From the IMG/VR virus record IMGVR_UViG_3300028592_000004, positions 124,001 through 188,000 of that record: 64,000 bases of DNA. One strand, written 5' to 3'. A program made the translations under genes and the position numbers. Positions 39,025-48,979 of the stretch are shown here, one piece after another (within the stretch, counting starts at the first letter, position 1; every line of letters begins with the position of its first letter). The notes beneath the pieces are model-generated. The model saw only the letters and a program-made list of their open reading frames with translations, made no database searches and was not told the origin of the DNA.

Positions 39025-41484
39025 TTATCCTTCCGTGGACAGGCTCAGATCGATGCGCTGGTCGGGCACCGCCTGGATGGCCTTCTGCTTGAGGAACAGG
39101 ACCAGCTCACCCGTCTGGTCGAAGGTGCTGGAAAACGCATTCTCCAGCTCGTTCATTTCGTTTTCGCCGTACCGCTCCTGGAACTTTTCCGGGTTCCAGT
39201 AGAACACGAGCAGCAGCCGGCCAATCCGGTCCATCCCCTTCATAATCGGACCGATATGCCGGTCGACCAGCTGGTCGTCGCGGGTCGACTTGAGCAGCGT
39301 CGAGATGACGCTGGTGTCGAAGACTTCCCGCTGACCGCTCTGGGCAGCCTGCTGCACGTACTGCATCATGCCCGGTTCGGGACCCTGAAGCTGGTACGCG
39401 TCCCGCGAAGCCTGATGATTCGGCTCCATTGAGTCAACGGGAAGCATGTCGGCCTGGGAACCATAGGTCGGCATGTTGCCGCCCATGACCCCGTCGAACC
39501 GGGCGTCCATCGGCGGAATGGACGGGGCGGTGACCGTCTGCTCGACCCCGTACGGGTTGGCGTACTTGATGCGGAGGTTCAGACCGCGGTGATGCAGGTT
39601 GAAGGCGACATCGGCGCGCTTCACCAGCTCGCGGGCCGTCGCTTCGCGGAGGCCGTGGTTGACGATCAGGTCGAAGCAAGCCTGCTTGGCCGGCATTCGC
39701 TGGTTGTTGATGACCGCTTCGCAGCCATCGCACCAGATCTTGAGCTGACTGGCTTGCTTCATCATCTCGAACTGGACGTCGAGCAGGTTCCCCGGGCGGA
39801 TCGGCGGCGGATCGCTTTCGCCTGTGTCGGCGCCGGCCATGCACGGGCTACAGTCCTTGCCATACTGCTCTTCCCAGGACTTCCGGTGCCGGACCTTGAT
39901 GATCTTCGTGTCGTTGGGGACGGTGACATCGCCCTTGTTCGACCGGAAGGTGATTCCCTTCTTGTCCGACAGGTGCAGGCGTTCCCCATCGGTGTACTTG
40001 TCGTAGCCCTCATGATCGTCGTAGGGCATGCCGGAGTAGTTGCGGCCGAGATTGAAGGCCGGATCTTCCTTCGAGCAGTACGAGTCGAAGTTGACTTCCC
40101 ACGACTTGCCGGCATCGGACGTTCCGAGGGACCGATCAACGGTGAACGGGAGCGTGGCGCTCCCGGTTGCGTTGATGGCGATGTACTCGCTGCGATCGCT
40201 CGACTCAGGCGACGAATCGCTCTGCTCTTCGACCCACTTCTCGAATTCCGACTTCGGGTAGTACTTCGTCGTGTAGAGATAGGAGGCGTGGATGTTGAGC
40301 CAGTTACGCTCGCTGGCACCACTCCCCGCGCGGATCACGGTCGCGAACCGCTTCCGGCCGTTGCCACTCATCGGGTGGATGATGACGACGCACTTCTCGA
40401 CGGAGCCTGGCTTGACCAGGACGTCATACAGCCCGGTCTCGGTCGGGGTCTCGAACGTTTCCTTTTCGCGAACTTCGTAGACCTTGGAGATCTCGTCGTC
40501 GTCGCGGTCGTCCACGACGAGGGAGCCCTCCGCGGCCAACTTCTCCCGCTGCTCTTCGGTGAGCAGGAGGGACGGCTGGGCGAAGTTGTTGAAGCGGTGG
40601 ATCGAAACCGAGCCCCGCTTGACGAGCCCGTCCAGCAGCGACTTCGGGTTGCCGCTCTGGGATTCTGAGCGAACGACCTTCGGCGAGGGCGGCGCGGAGC
40701 CGGTGACCTTGTATTCGCAGCCGGCGGTCTTCATCGGCGACCGCGACTTCGCCTCTTCGAACATGTCGTAGAGGGAGTCGTGCGTGTACTTGTCCCGGAC
40801 CGGGAAGCGATCGACGGACTGCTTGATGTGCGCGAAGGCGTCAGCGAACTCCTCCGGCGCGTAGAACTTGTCGAGCTGGGACTGCAGATCCGGGAACTTG
40901 TCTGCCGCCATCTTCAGGAGATCAAGCATCTCCAGACCGCCATCCTTGAGCAGCTCGGGCAGATGGACCGTCCCGTCGAGCGGATTGGAGGTGGCGTGCT
41001 TGTAGAGGCAGCCCACGGCGTCGAGCGCCCAGGGCGGCATCGCCGAGCCGTACTTCGAGGGTGACTGGGTGAACTGCGACAGGGAGGGGCGCAGCGTCTG
41101 CCGCGAGGCCTCGCCCTTGTCGATCCCGTTGCCGAGGATGATCGGCTTCTTGTTCAGGATGTAGTTGATCCAGTTCTCTTTCAGCGGCACGAACATGTCC
41201 TGGTTCTTCAGGTACAGGAGTTCGTGCCCCTTCAGGTCCCCGTCGATGAAGAACACCGGAGCGTAGAGCCACTGGGAGCCGACCTTAAACGCGAAAATCC
41301 CGACAGCGCGGGTATCATCTTCGTTCCGGTCGATGAGCTGGAAGCCGACCTCGTAGTCGAGGAGCTTCGGGGCCTTGTCCGTCAAGTAGGAGTGGGCCAG
41401 CGACGAAAATGCCTGCTCGAACGGGACGTCGTTCCCGGCTTCCGAGGCCCGCTTGATGTTCCGAGGCGTCAAAGTTTGAGGCAT
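39025..41484 (-). CDS. Large head-module protein of unknown function
   Basis: 819 aa from MPQTLT; several K-x-A motifs between globular-looking blocks. Confidence 0.65.
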   Translation of the reverse strand: MPQTLTPRNIKRASEAGNDVPFEQAFSSLAHSYLTDKAPKLLDYEVGFQLIDRNEDDTRAVGIFAFKVGSQWLYAPVFFIDGDLKGHELLYLKNQDMFVPLKENWINYILNKKPIILGNGIDKGEASRQTLRPSLSQFTQSPSKYGSAMPPWALDAVGCLYKHATSNPLDGTVHLPELLKDGGLEMLDLLKMAADKFPDLQSQLDKFYAPEEFADAFAHIKQSVDRFPVRDKYTHDSLYDMFEEAKSRSPMKTAGCEYKVTGSAPPSPKVVRSESQSGNPKSLLDGLVKRGSVSIHRFNNFAQPSLLLTEEQREKLAAEGSLVVDDRDDDEISKVYEVREKETFETPTETGLYDVLVKPGSVEKCVVIIHPMSGNGRKRFATVIRAGSGASERNWLNIHASYLYTTKYYPKSEFEKWVEEQSDSSPESSDRSEYIAINATGSATLPFTVDRSLGTSDAGKSWEVNFDSYCSKEDPAFNLGRNYSGMPYDDHEGYDKYTDGERLHLSDKKGITFRSNKGDVTVPNDTKIIKVRHRKSWEEQYGKDCSPCMAGADTGESDPPPIRPGNLLDVQFEMMKQASQLKIWCDGCEAVINNQRMPAKQACFDLIVNHGLREATARELVKRADVAFNLHHRGLNLRIKYANPYGVEQTVTAPSIPPMDARFDGVMGGNMPTYGSQADMLPVDSMEPNHQASRDAYQLQGPEPGMMQYVQQAAQSGQREVFDTSVISTLLKSTRDDQLVDRHIGPIMKGMDRIGRLLLVFYWNPEKFQERYGENEMNELENAFSSTFDQTGELVLFLKQKAIQAVPDQRIDLSLSTEG

Positions 41485-41531
41485 TGCACCCATCCGTGGT
41501 GAATTGCGTGGCGGTCCGTGCCGTGAGGCCC

Positions 41532-41559
41532 ATCGTATCAGTTCGACAACGACGGGCAA
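41532..41559 (-). promoter_or_regulatory. Sigma70-like promoter with extended -10
   Basis: TTGCCC-16 nt-TACGAT with TG at -15/-14. Confidence 0.5.
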
Positions 41560-41566
41560 ACATTCG

Positions 41567-43483
41567 TTAGAGCCCGTCCAAAACGGACGGGAGGGACTTC
41601 TTCGGTTTGAGAGGGTCGGCCTCCCAGCCCTGCGTCAGACCCTCTCGACCGAAGTTGAGGGGGTTCATCGCCATCGCCGAGGGGTAGCTCGTCCCAAAGG
41701 GATCGATCGTGTCGCCGCGGTGGACAGCCTTGAGCGTGCTCTTTTCTAGGTTCGAGCCGAGGTGCCGCGAGACAACGTCCTCGTCCTGTTCCAGGTTCGC
41801 CATTCCGCGGATCATCACCGGCGTGAACGGCGGCGGGTCGTCGTTGACGTCGATGTTCTGGATGCCAAACTCCTGCAGCTCCTTCACAACCGAGGGCCGG
41901 ATCTTCGTTCCAATCGTGTAGTGCAGGACCGGCTTCTCCAGGTACTTTCCCTTGGCACTGCCCGGGTGCATCCGGATCGTACTTGCCCGGGGTTGCCAGT
42001 TCCGTTCCAACTGCTGGTACGAGACGATGTCGTTCGGCACCCGGTCATCCAGTTCGTCGTCGAGCCGGACGTGGTTGATCAGCCCGCGTGCAAGAAGCTC
42101 GACGTTCCGGCGATGGGCGCCCATGCCCGCCTCCCGGTACGCCTGAGCAAAGGCCTTGGTGTAGTACCGCCGGCCCTCCCCGATCCCCTTGTGCTCAATG
42201 ATCTCAGCCGGGTTCGGGATCCCGTCGCTGAGGACGTCGCCAGCTTCGACTTCGTCACCCGGCTTGACCTTCACCTCGTGGCCGTGGCCGACGTAGTGGC
42301 GGTCATTGCCCACGGTGACGAAGAATCCACCCTGGGGCGCCGGGGTGACTTCGTTCACGCGGCCGTCGAGCTTCGAGATCGAAGCCCCGGACTTGAACGT
42401 CTTCGGGACCTGAACGAACTGGTCAATCAGCTTGAAGCCGGAGACAGCCTTGTCGGCACCGGCGACACCGCCGGAGTGCTTTGAGGAGAGCTGCCCCTGT
42501 GTCAGCTTTTCCGACAGGGCCTGGGCAGCGGCGAGTCCAACGAAGTCTCCCCGCCGCGGAAGGAATCCGCGTTCCCGGACGCCGACGTCGCGGCTCCAGA
42601 CGCCATCCCCGGGACCGCCGACAGTCGGCGATCGGACAAGGATTCGCTTGAAGCCCTGGTCCTGGATGTCGCGCAGCACCTTCGGCGTCAGGATCGTGTT
42701 CCGGTCGTAACCCGCGACCGGTGAGGCCAGGAAGGCGCCTTCGTTGTCGGCATCCTCTGTGTCGACCGGCAGCCCGCGGTTCCCGTGGTCGTAGTCGTCC
42801 GGATCGTCTGTCCCGACCGTCACCAGCCGGTGGTTGACCTGGTTGAGCTGCTTGGCAAGGTAGCCGGAGTCTTGCGTGGACCCCTTCGTATCGAGCACCC
42901 CTTTCCGGGCGCCGAACGTACCGGCGAAATACTCCACCGGCGACAGCCCTTCGGAGTACGACCGCAGCACAGGAATCGGAATCGGCCGGCCCTTGTGGTC
43001 GACGTACAGCAGGTCGGAGCCGCGGAGCGACTTCAGGTTCCCGGCGTTACCGCGGGCACCGGAGGCGATCTGCTGCCAGAAGGGATTGTTCTCCTCCCTG
43101 CTCTCGTCGAAGATCTTCTTCTCCATCGGCTCCCGGAAACCCATCGCCGCATCGACGATCTGTTGGGCTCGGTCGTCATCGTTCAGATCGCCCTTGGCAA
43201 GGATCTGATTGAGCTTGCCCTGAAGCTGTTGACGCATCTGCATCGCAGACGGCGAGACGAGCATGTCCTTCAGCCGGAAGGAGAAGCTGCCGGTGCTGGT
43301 CGCGGCGTCCCGTCCGATGTCGGAGAGACGCTTCGTGACCTCGCGGTACTGGTCGGGATACTTCTCCGCGAGTTCCTGGAAGACAGCGTTGAGGCCCTTC
43401 TTGTCGAAGACGGCGTTCCGACCGCGCATCCCTTCCGGCAGGGCTTGATCGATGAGTAGTCGGCCTAGCGTCGTCTTGAGCAT
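41567..43483 (-). CDS. Phage multisubunit RNA polymerase, beta' C-terminal chain
   Basis: TTLGR, SGARG, EGLSPVEYF...GARKG..DT...T.DSGYL (bridge helix), AAAQALSE..TQ..L..KH.GG (trigger loop). Confidence 0.93.
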   Translation of the reverse strand: MLKTTLGRLLIDQALPEGMRGRNAVFDKKGLNAVFQELAEKYPDQYREVTKRLSDIGRDAATSTGSFSFRLKDMLVSPSAMQMRQQLQGKLNQILAKGDLNDDDRAQQIVDAAMGFREPMEKKIFDESREENNPFWQQIASGARGNAGNLKSLRGSDLLYVDHKGRPIPIPVLRSYSEGLSPVEYFAGTFGARKGVLDTKGSTQDSGYLAKQLNQVNHRLVTVGTDDPDDYDHGNRGLPVDTEDADNEGAFLASPVAGYDRNTILTPKVLRDIQDQGFKRILVRSPTVGGPGDGVWSRDVGVRERGFLPRRGDFVGLAAAQALSEKLTQGQLSSKHSGGVAGADKAVSGFKLIDQFVQVPKTFKSGASISKLDGRVNEVTPAPQGGFFVTVGNDRHYVGHGHEVKVKPGDEVEAGDVLSDGIPNPAEIIEHKGIGEGRRYYTKAFAQAYREAGMGAHRRNVELLARGLINHVRLDDELDDRVPNDIVSYQQLERNWQPRASTIRMHPGSAKGKYLEKPVLHYTIGTKIRPSVVKELQEFGIQNIDVNDDPPPFTPVMIRGMANLEQDEDVVSRHLGSNLEKSTLKAVHRGDTIDPFGTSYPSAMAMNPLNFGREGLTQGWEADPLKPKKSLPSVLDGL

Positions 43484-43725
43484 CAGAACCCTACGTCGGA
43501 CAGCGTGGGTGCGTCACGGTGACGGATTTGCACTTCCGATCGGTTGAGGCCCAGGTTACCCAGTACCTGCTCGAACCGAGGATCTTCAAAGGTGTAGGCC
43601 TGGACCAGGCCGTCTGCGAGTTCGATCGCAACCGCCACGATGGTTCCCTGGCGGTTGCGAATCACGACGCGACGAGCTTCTGCGACCTGGGGCTCAGCCA
43701 GCTTTTGGAAAAACTCGATCTGCAT
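43483..43725 (-). CDS. Hypothetical protein
   Basis: 80 aa, AAGGAG RBS, TGATG coupling to the beta'C gene. Confidence 0.6.
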   Translation of the reverse strand: MQIEFFQKLAEPQVAEARRVVIRNRQGTIVAVAIELADGLVQAYTFEDPRFEQVLGNLGLNRSEVQIRHRDAPTLSDVGF

Positions 43726-44494
43726 TACCGAGGCTCCTTGCGAGTGCCGCCAGGTTTGCCATCGACTGGGCCGGCGTCAAGGAGGACGCGGACTTGCTGA
43801 CCGAGGAACCGATTCCCTGGTAGTCGCTCGCCGTCTTGCCGGCAGCCATTCCAGGGGCGGCACCCTGGATCGGGTCGATGGGTGGAATCGCACTGGGCTG
43901 ACCGCCTGCGGCAGCCGCCGGGTCCATCCCCGCAGCGGCCGGATCACCGGCCGGAAGAGCTCCGGCCTGATCCTGATTGGCCATCTGCATCTGCATCGGA
44001 TCGGGCGGCGGGCCGAGGGCCACGTCCGCCGGGATCGGGATCTGCATGTGGTTCATGATCTCGGCGACCATCCGCATGATCTGCCAGAGCTTCGTGTCGA
44101 GGATGGCCGGGTCGACCTTCTTCGTGGCCGGCTTGCCCATGCCGGGCATCCCGCCGGTGCCGCCCGCTCCGCCTGCTCCGCCCATCATCTGCATGGCCTG
44201 AACGACGGCCTGGACCATCGCGGGATCCGCTTGGCCCCCTCCGCCGCCCATCGGAGGCCCGGCGAGGGGATCGGCCGGCATTCCACCGCCCGGAGGCATT
44301 CCAGGGGCTCCACCCGGCGCCGGCGCTCCACCCATCGCGGCCGGATCACCACCCGGCGGCATACCCGGGGCACCGCCCGGAGGGGCTCCACCGCCAGGCG
44401 GCACGACCGACGCCTTGAAGAACGGCTGTGCCTGACCGGGGTTGTTGGCTTCGTGCTGAGCCAGCTTGAGAATCGTCGGGTTGAGCAAGCTCAT
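43694..44494 (-). CDS. Pro/Gly/Ala/Met-rich low-complexity protein with K-x-A motifs
   Basis: 266 aa between the two RNAP genes; KLA, KTA, KSA. Confidence 0.6.
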   Translation of the reverse strand: MSLLNPTILKLAQHEANNPGQAQPFFKASVVPPGGGAPPGGAPGMPPGGDPAAMGGAPAPGGAPGMPPGGGMPADPLAGPPMGGGGGQADPAMVQAVVQAMQMMGGAGGAGGTGGMPGMGKPATKKVDPAILDTKLWQIMRMVAEIMNHMQIPIPADVALGPPPDPMQMQMANQDQAGALPAGDPAAAGMDPAAAAGGQPSAIPPIDPIQGAAPGMAAGKTASDYQGIGSSVSKSASSLTPAQSMANLAALARSLGNADRVFPKAG

Positions 44495-44517
44495 CTCGGC
44501 TTCCTTGCCAGAAGTAA

Positions 44518-47500
44518 TTACCGGGGATTGATAATCTCGACGTTGTCGTCCACGCCGATCTCGCCCCGGCGGTAGGCCTGTACTGCGTCTCTCACTGTAG
44601 CGAACGTCCTAGTCCGATTCGAGGTCGGCGAAGGCTTGGACGCCCGATAGAGGCCCCCAGCATACTCCTTCCCAGGCAGCTGGTGAGCGCGGAAGTTGGA
44701 GACCGCCAGCAAATTCCGGCTGGGCAGCATCTTCTCGTAGGCATCTGCGACAGCCTCGTCGCTCTGCGGAACATGGTACTGCATCGCGTCGCCGTCGAAG
44801 TCAGCGTTGAATCCGGTGACGATCGTCGGCGAGATGTGGATCGTGTCGTCCTGGATCAGTTTCGGCCGGAACGCCATCAGGTTGTACCGGTGAAGCGTCG
44901 GTGCCCGGTTGAGCACGACCGGCCGATCTTCCATCGTCCGGAGCAGCATCGTGCGGGCGCGATCGGACCGCGACGTGACAGCTCGGGCCGCGTCCATCCG
45001 ACTCATCCCGTTGCGAACCAGTCCGCGAACGATGTGCGGCTTGTAGACCTCCCACGCCTTATCTTCCGGGATCCCCACTTCGTCCATGTCGAGATCCGGG
45101 TCTGGAATGATTGTGCCGCGACCGACCGTGTCGACCACCGAGCCGATCAGCTTCTGCTGGACGAAGCCATACTTCGGCGAACCACCGAAGATCGTCTTCA
45201 GCAGTCCCTTTACCTTGCGTTCCTGGTTCTTCGGCTGAGTCGGATCCGCCAGACCCGTGAGGGCCTTGAACGAGTTGTAGACGGCCAGGCGCTCATCACC
45301 CAGGTCGTCGAACTTGCCGGCCGCATCCTTCAGGATTCCGTTCGAATCCATGATCTCCTTGTAGAGCGCGTTGGCGTCGGCCACCATCGGTAGCTTGGAG
45401 CCCTGCATGACAGACACCGGCCGGAACACCGGCGGAATGACCGGCACCTTCGTAAGCATCCAGTCCCGCGGGTGGATCCCGTGCTGCTCCGCGCTCTTGA
45501 GGTACTTCAGCTTCCGGATGGCCTCATCCCGCCGGGTCTTCTTGCCGGACGCGATATCCGCCCGAGCGTTCTCGATCATTCGCGGGAGGTTGATCGAGTC
45601 CAGGGCGTACTTGATGGCGCTCGGCCCGGTGCGGTCGTTCAGCTTCTCGCGGCCGGCGAGGATGTCGAGGAACTTGTTCTCGGTCAGGCCGAGGACGCGA
45701 CGGATCGGTTCCTCCATGACAGGCGACGGCATCGGCTCACTGAGCTTGATGAAGCTCCACCGGTTACCGCCGTGCCCGCCGGTCAACTCTGGATCGAACA
45801 GACCGCCCTTGACCGGGTTGAGCCCGCCCTTCCAGTCGACAGTGTCGGAATTGGTGATCTCGCGGTTGCCAGCGAACTCGTCGATGTCGGCGTCGCGGAG
45901 GGCCAGGGTGTTGAACCGTGTCCCGTTCCGCACCACGTTGATCCCGGAGCCGCGGAGCGTATCCACGAACTTCTTGTAGACCATCGGGACCTTCGGCATC
46001 GGCGGAGCGTGACCGCTCATGTACTGCGTCCAGTACTCCGGATGCTGCTGTCCGCGCACGACGGCAGCGTCACGCAGGAACTCCGTGGCTCCGTGGCTCA
46101 GGAGGGCGTTGGCATCCAGGAGACTCACCCGCTTGCTTCCGGTCTGACCACCCTTCGCCGGCAGCCCCTCGCTGGTGTAGCCGCCCATGCTCCGACCCTG
46201 GCCCTTCGACTCGGCCGTGTGGTGGAGCTTCATGAAGTAGCGGTTGCCGGTGAAGATCCCCGGGATCTTCCGGTTGTTCGAACTCGGGTCGATCAGGTCT
46301 TCGGTGTCGGACAGACCATTCTTCTGCAGCTCCTGCATAGCGTACTGCACAAGGTCCGGGATGTCCTTGAAGTCCTTGACGTTGTAGTGCTTGCCGGTCA
46401 TCGCGGCGATCTTGCCAAGCGTCGCCTCAACCACCTGGGCGGGGTTGGTGCGGGTGATGATCCCCAGCGGGTTGGCGAGCACTTCGTACGGCTTACCGTC
46501 TGCACCGACAGGCATCTGGCTGTCGGGGATGATCTTCGCGATGACGCCCTTGTCCCCGTAGCGGCCGGAGATCTTGTCGCCGGTCTGGGCCTGCATCACG
46601 CTCTTGACGGTGACCACGATCCCCTTGTCCGTCTTGGCGACGTCGACAACCTCTCCGGGAGAGTGGTGGTCCCAGGTCTCCGTCTGGTCAGAGAAGGACC
46701 GATCCCGGGCCTTGTGAAGTGAGTTCTTGGCCCGCTCCTTCTGCTTGGCGCCGAGGATGATCGGGTCATCCGGCTGCAGGATCGTTCCCGGCTTGACCAC
46801 GCCATCGTCATCGATCGAGTCCAGCACCTTCCGCGGGTACTTGCTCGGGAACATGCTGATGAAGTCCCGCTTCTTCGTCCGGATGTTGTCGTCCAGGTCC
46901 AGCCCGTGCTGGTACATGTGCTGACTGCTCAGCCGCTTGGCGAAGGACTCGCTGATGGCGAAGGCATCCTCAAAGTTGATCCCCTTCCAGGCGATGTAGG
47001 CCGTCCGGGCATTCCGGCCGAGGGCCACGACTCCGTTCTTGTCGGTGTAGTTCGAGTGGGCGAGGAGCTGTCCCTGACCAACGCGATCCCCGGGCTTCAC
47101 AACGGCGGTGTTGTGGAGGTAGGTCTTTCGGTTCGAGGGGTCGTGATTCCAGAGCTCGACGACTTCCTTCTTGCCGTCCGGCGTCTGAATCGTGATCTCG
47201 TCGTTGTCGACGTGGGTGACCGTCCCGTCGACCTTGCTGCGGGATGCCCCGAACATCTCGCCGTACCGGTTCTCAAAGCTGTCGTCGACGTCCTCCGGCA
47301 CGCCGGTGCGGACAAACGGAGCTTCCCCGTCGTCGAGCGAGAGGGCCTGCGTCAGCATTCGCTGGGCCATCGCCGCCCGCTGCCCCTTCATGGCCGACTT
47401 CATGGGGACCATCGTCACCATCGGAGAGAGTGTGCTCTCCATGTTCGGCACTTCGAAGTCAACCTTGTCGCGCGGCACGAACTTCATCTTGCCGCCGACG

Positions 47501-48978
47501 AGCGCCGGGACCTGGTCCTTGTAGGTCGCCATCGCGTTCGGGAAGGCGAGGACAGCCTTGGTGATCTCCTGCGGTGACTTGAAGACGGTCTGGCCGGTCC
47601 GCGCGTCCCGGAAGGGAGCGTACATACGGCCGTCCTTCCCCTTCTCCGCAGCGTAGGCGAAGCGGGAGTCGACACCGGCCTTGAGCGATTCAGGCGTGAC
47701 CAGGCTGTCGATGAAGCCGAACTGTCCAGGCTGGACGCTCCGCGCTTCGTCGGGCACCGAGTCGACGCTCGGGATCCCGCCCTCACCCAGCCGGCTGACG
47801 CGGTACATCTGCTCAATGAGCATCCCCGGGTTGATCTCTTCCCCGGGGTTCCCCAGACCGCTGTCGGTGATGGCGCTGAGCAGGCCGCTCGTCAGGATCC
47901 CGGACGGGATATGGTCCAGGTTCTTGCGGATGGTGCCCTTCCACAGCATCCGGCGGAGCATGTTCTTGTCTCGACCGAAACGCTCTGCGAGGAGATCTTC
48001 GGGGCCGAGGAGCGTCTGGAAGGCCGGGTTGTCGCGGTCGTCCGTCTCGTCTTCGCCCTTGTTGATCGCCAGCAGCTTGCGGGTGGCCGCGAGCCACGTC
48101 GGGGCGTCGACCTTGTCGAATGCCTCGCGAAGGGTCTCCTTGTTGACCTCCGGATCGAGCTTCATCTTCCGGAAGGCTTCAGCAACGGCCTGCCCGCGCA
48201 GTCCCTCGTCCGGTTCGTTGCCGCGGACCAGCCGCCGGTAGAGCTTGTCGACCGCGCCGCGATCGTTCTTCGCCATGTTGGCGGCAGCCAGCTCGGGTCC
48301 CCACGCTTCGTTCAGCTGGGACGGCGTGACACCCATTGCCCGCAGGACCGGCCACATGGGGATCTCACCTTGGGCGATCTTGAGTTTGAAGATCCCGGAC
48401 TCCGGATCCATCATCACCCGATGCGCGAGCCCCTGGCCGGGGAGCACGTTGATGTGGGACTCCAGCTCGCCGCTCTCCTTCTGGCGGGAGAACGCTCCGG
48501 ACATGAGGCGAAGCTGGTGGCCAAGCGAGTAGCGGTTCCCGCTGAGGATGAAGGCCCCGCGGTCCCCAAAGTAGGGGACGTTCGCGATTGTAGCCCGCCG
48601 TTCGGAGATCGGCTGCTGCGTGGCCAGGTCGACCAGGCGCCAGGTCCCTTTCAGCTTCCGGGACAGCGTCTTCCCGGTGAGGATGGCGTTCTTCTGGTCC
48701 TTCTTCGAGTACCGTTCCGGCCCCTCGTACGCCGGGTCGACCAGCTCCAGCCGGTGCGTCTTGCTCTCGACCGGCTGGAACTTCATCGCGGAGTTCAGCA
48801 CGTTGTCGAAGATCGACTGCCGGATGGCTGTGACGTCCCCGAAGCCTCGACGTCCGGTCGGCTGAGCGAGCGGCGGAGGAGACCAGGGAGCGGGCGCCGG
48901 AGGGGTGCCCATTTGTGAATCCAGCCCCTGCAGCAGAGGCGAGGGGCTGGGGAGAAGGCCGTCCATGAAGTCAGGCAT
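44518..48978 (-). CDS. Phage multisubunit RNA polymerase, beta + beta' N-terminal fusion (catalytic chain)
   Basis: beta motifs NFEDA, GDKISGRYGDKGVI, NPLG..TR.N..Q, YFMKLHH; beta' motifs GLFD, VPVIPP..RP, LNRAPTLHR, NADFDGD (44788-44808). Confidence 0.97.
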   Translation of the reverse strand: MPDFMDGLLPSPSPLLQGLDSQMGTPPAPAPWSPPPLAQPTGRRGFGDVTAIRQSIFDNVLNSAMKFQPVESKTHRLELVDPAYEGPERYSKKDQKNAILTGKTLSRKLKGTWRLVDLATQQPISERRATIANVPYFGDRGAFILSGNRYSLGHQLRLMSGAFSRQKESGELESHINVLPGQGLAHRVMMDPESGIFKLKIAQGEIPMWPVLRAMGVTPSQLNEAWGPELAAANMAKNDRGAVDKLYRRLVRGNEPDEGLRGQAVAEAFRKMKLDPEVNKETLREAFDKVDAPTWLAATRKLLAINKGEDETDDRDNPAFQTLLGPEDLLAERFGRDKNMLRRMLWKGTIRKNLDHIPSGILTSGLLSAITDSGLGNPGEEINPGMLIEQMYRVSRLGEGGIPSVDSVPDEARSVQPGQFGFIDSLVTPESLKAGVDSRFAYAAEKGKDGRMYAPFRDARTGQTVFKSPQEITKAVLAFPNAMATYKDQVPALVGGKMKFVPRDKVDFEVPNMESTLSPMVTMVPMKSAMKGQRAAMAQRMLTQALSLDDGEAPFVRTGVPEDVDDSFENRYGEMFGASRSKVDGTVTHVDNDEITIQTPDGKKEVVELWNHDPSNRKTYLHNTAVVKPGDRVGQGQLLAHSNYTDKNGVVALGRNARTAYIAWKGINFEDAFAISESFAKRLSSQHMYQHGLDLDDNIRTKKRDFISMFPSKYPRKVLDSIDDDGVVKPGTILQPDDPIILGAKQKERAKNSLHKARDRSFSDQTETWDHHSPGEVVDVAKTDKGIVVTVKSVMQAQTGDKISGRYGDKGVIAKIIPDSQMPVGADGKPYEVLANPLGIITRTNPAQVVEATLGKIAAMTGKHYNVKDFKDIPDLVQYAMQELQKNGLSDTEDLIDPSSNNRKIPGIFTGNRYFMKLHHTAESKGQGRSMGGYTSEGLPAKGGQTGSKRVSLLDANALLSHGATEFLRDAAVVRGQQHPEYWTQYMSGHAPPMPKVPMVYKKFVDTLRGSGINVVRNGTRFNTLALRDADIDEFAGNREITNSDTVDWKGGLNPVKGGLFDPELTGGHGGNRWSFIKLSEPMPSPVMEEPIRRVLGLTENKFLDILAGREKLNDRTGPSAIKYALDSINLPRMIENARADIASGKKTRRDEAIRKLKYLKSAEQHGIHPRDWMLTKVPVIPPVFRPVSVMQGSKLPMVADANALYKEIMDSNGILKDAAGKFDDLGDERLAVYNSFKALTGLADPTQPKNQERKVKGLLKTIFGGSPKYGFVQQKLIGSVVDTVGRGTIIPDPDLDMDEVGIPEDKAWEVYKPHIVRGLVRNGMSRMDAARAVTSRSDRARTMLLRTMEDRPVVLNRAPTLHRYNLMAFRPKLIQDDTIHISPTIVTGFNADFDGDAMQYHVPQSDEAVADAYEKMLPSRNLLAVSNFRAHQLPGKEYAGGLYRASKPSPTSNRTRTFATVRDAVQAYRRGEIGVDDNVEIINPR

Positions 48979-48979
48979 G

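Noticed and set aside
39025-41484. Portal or terminase call for the 819-aa protein
   Set aside because: No Walker motifs or portal features recognisable; left as unknown
43483-43725. 80-aa ORF as phage CsrA or RNAP omega
   Set aside because: Lacks the CsrA MLxLxR...VxxGxxAP...HRxE pattern and any omega motif I can recognise
41567-48978. Host chromosomal rpoB/rpoC locus
   Set aside because: No ribosomal-protein neighbours, abnormal fusion and split, loss of Zn sites, and capsid genes alongside
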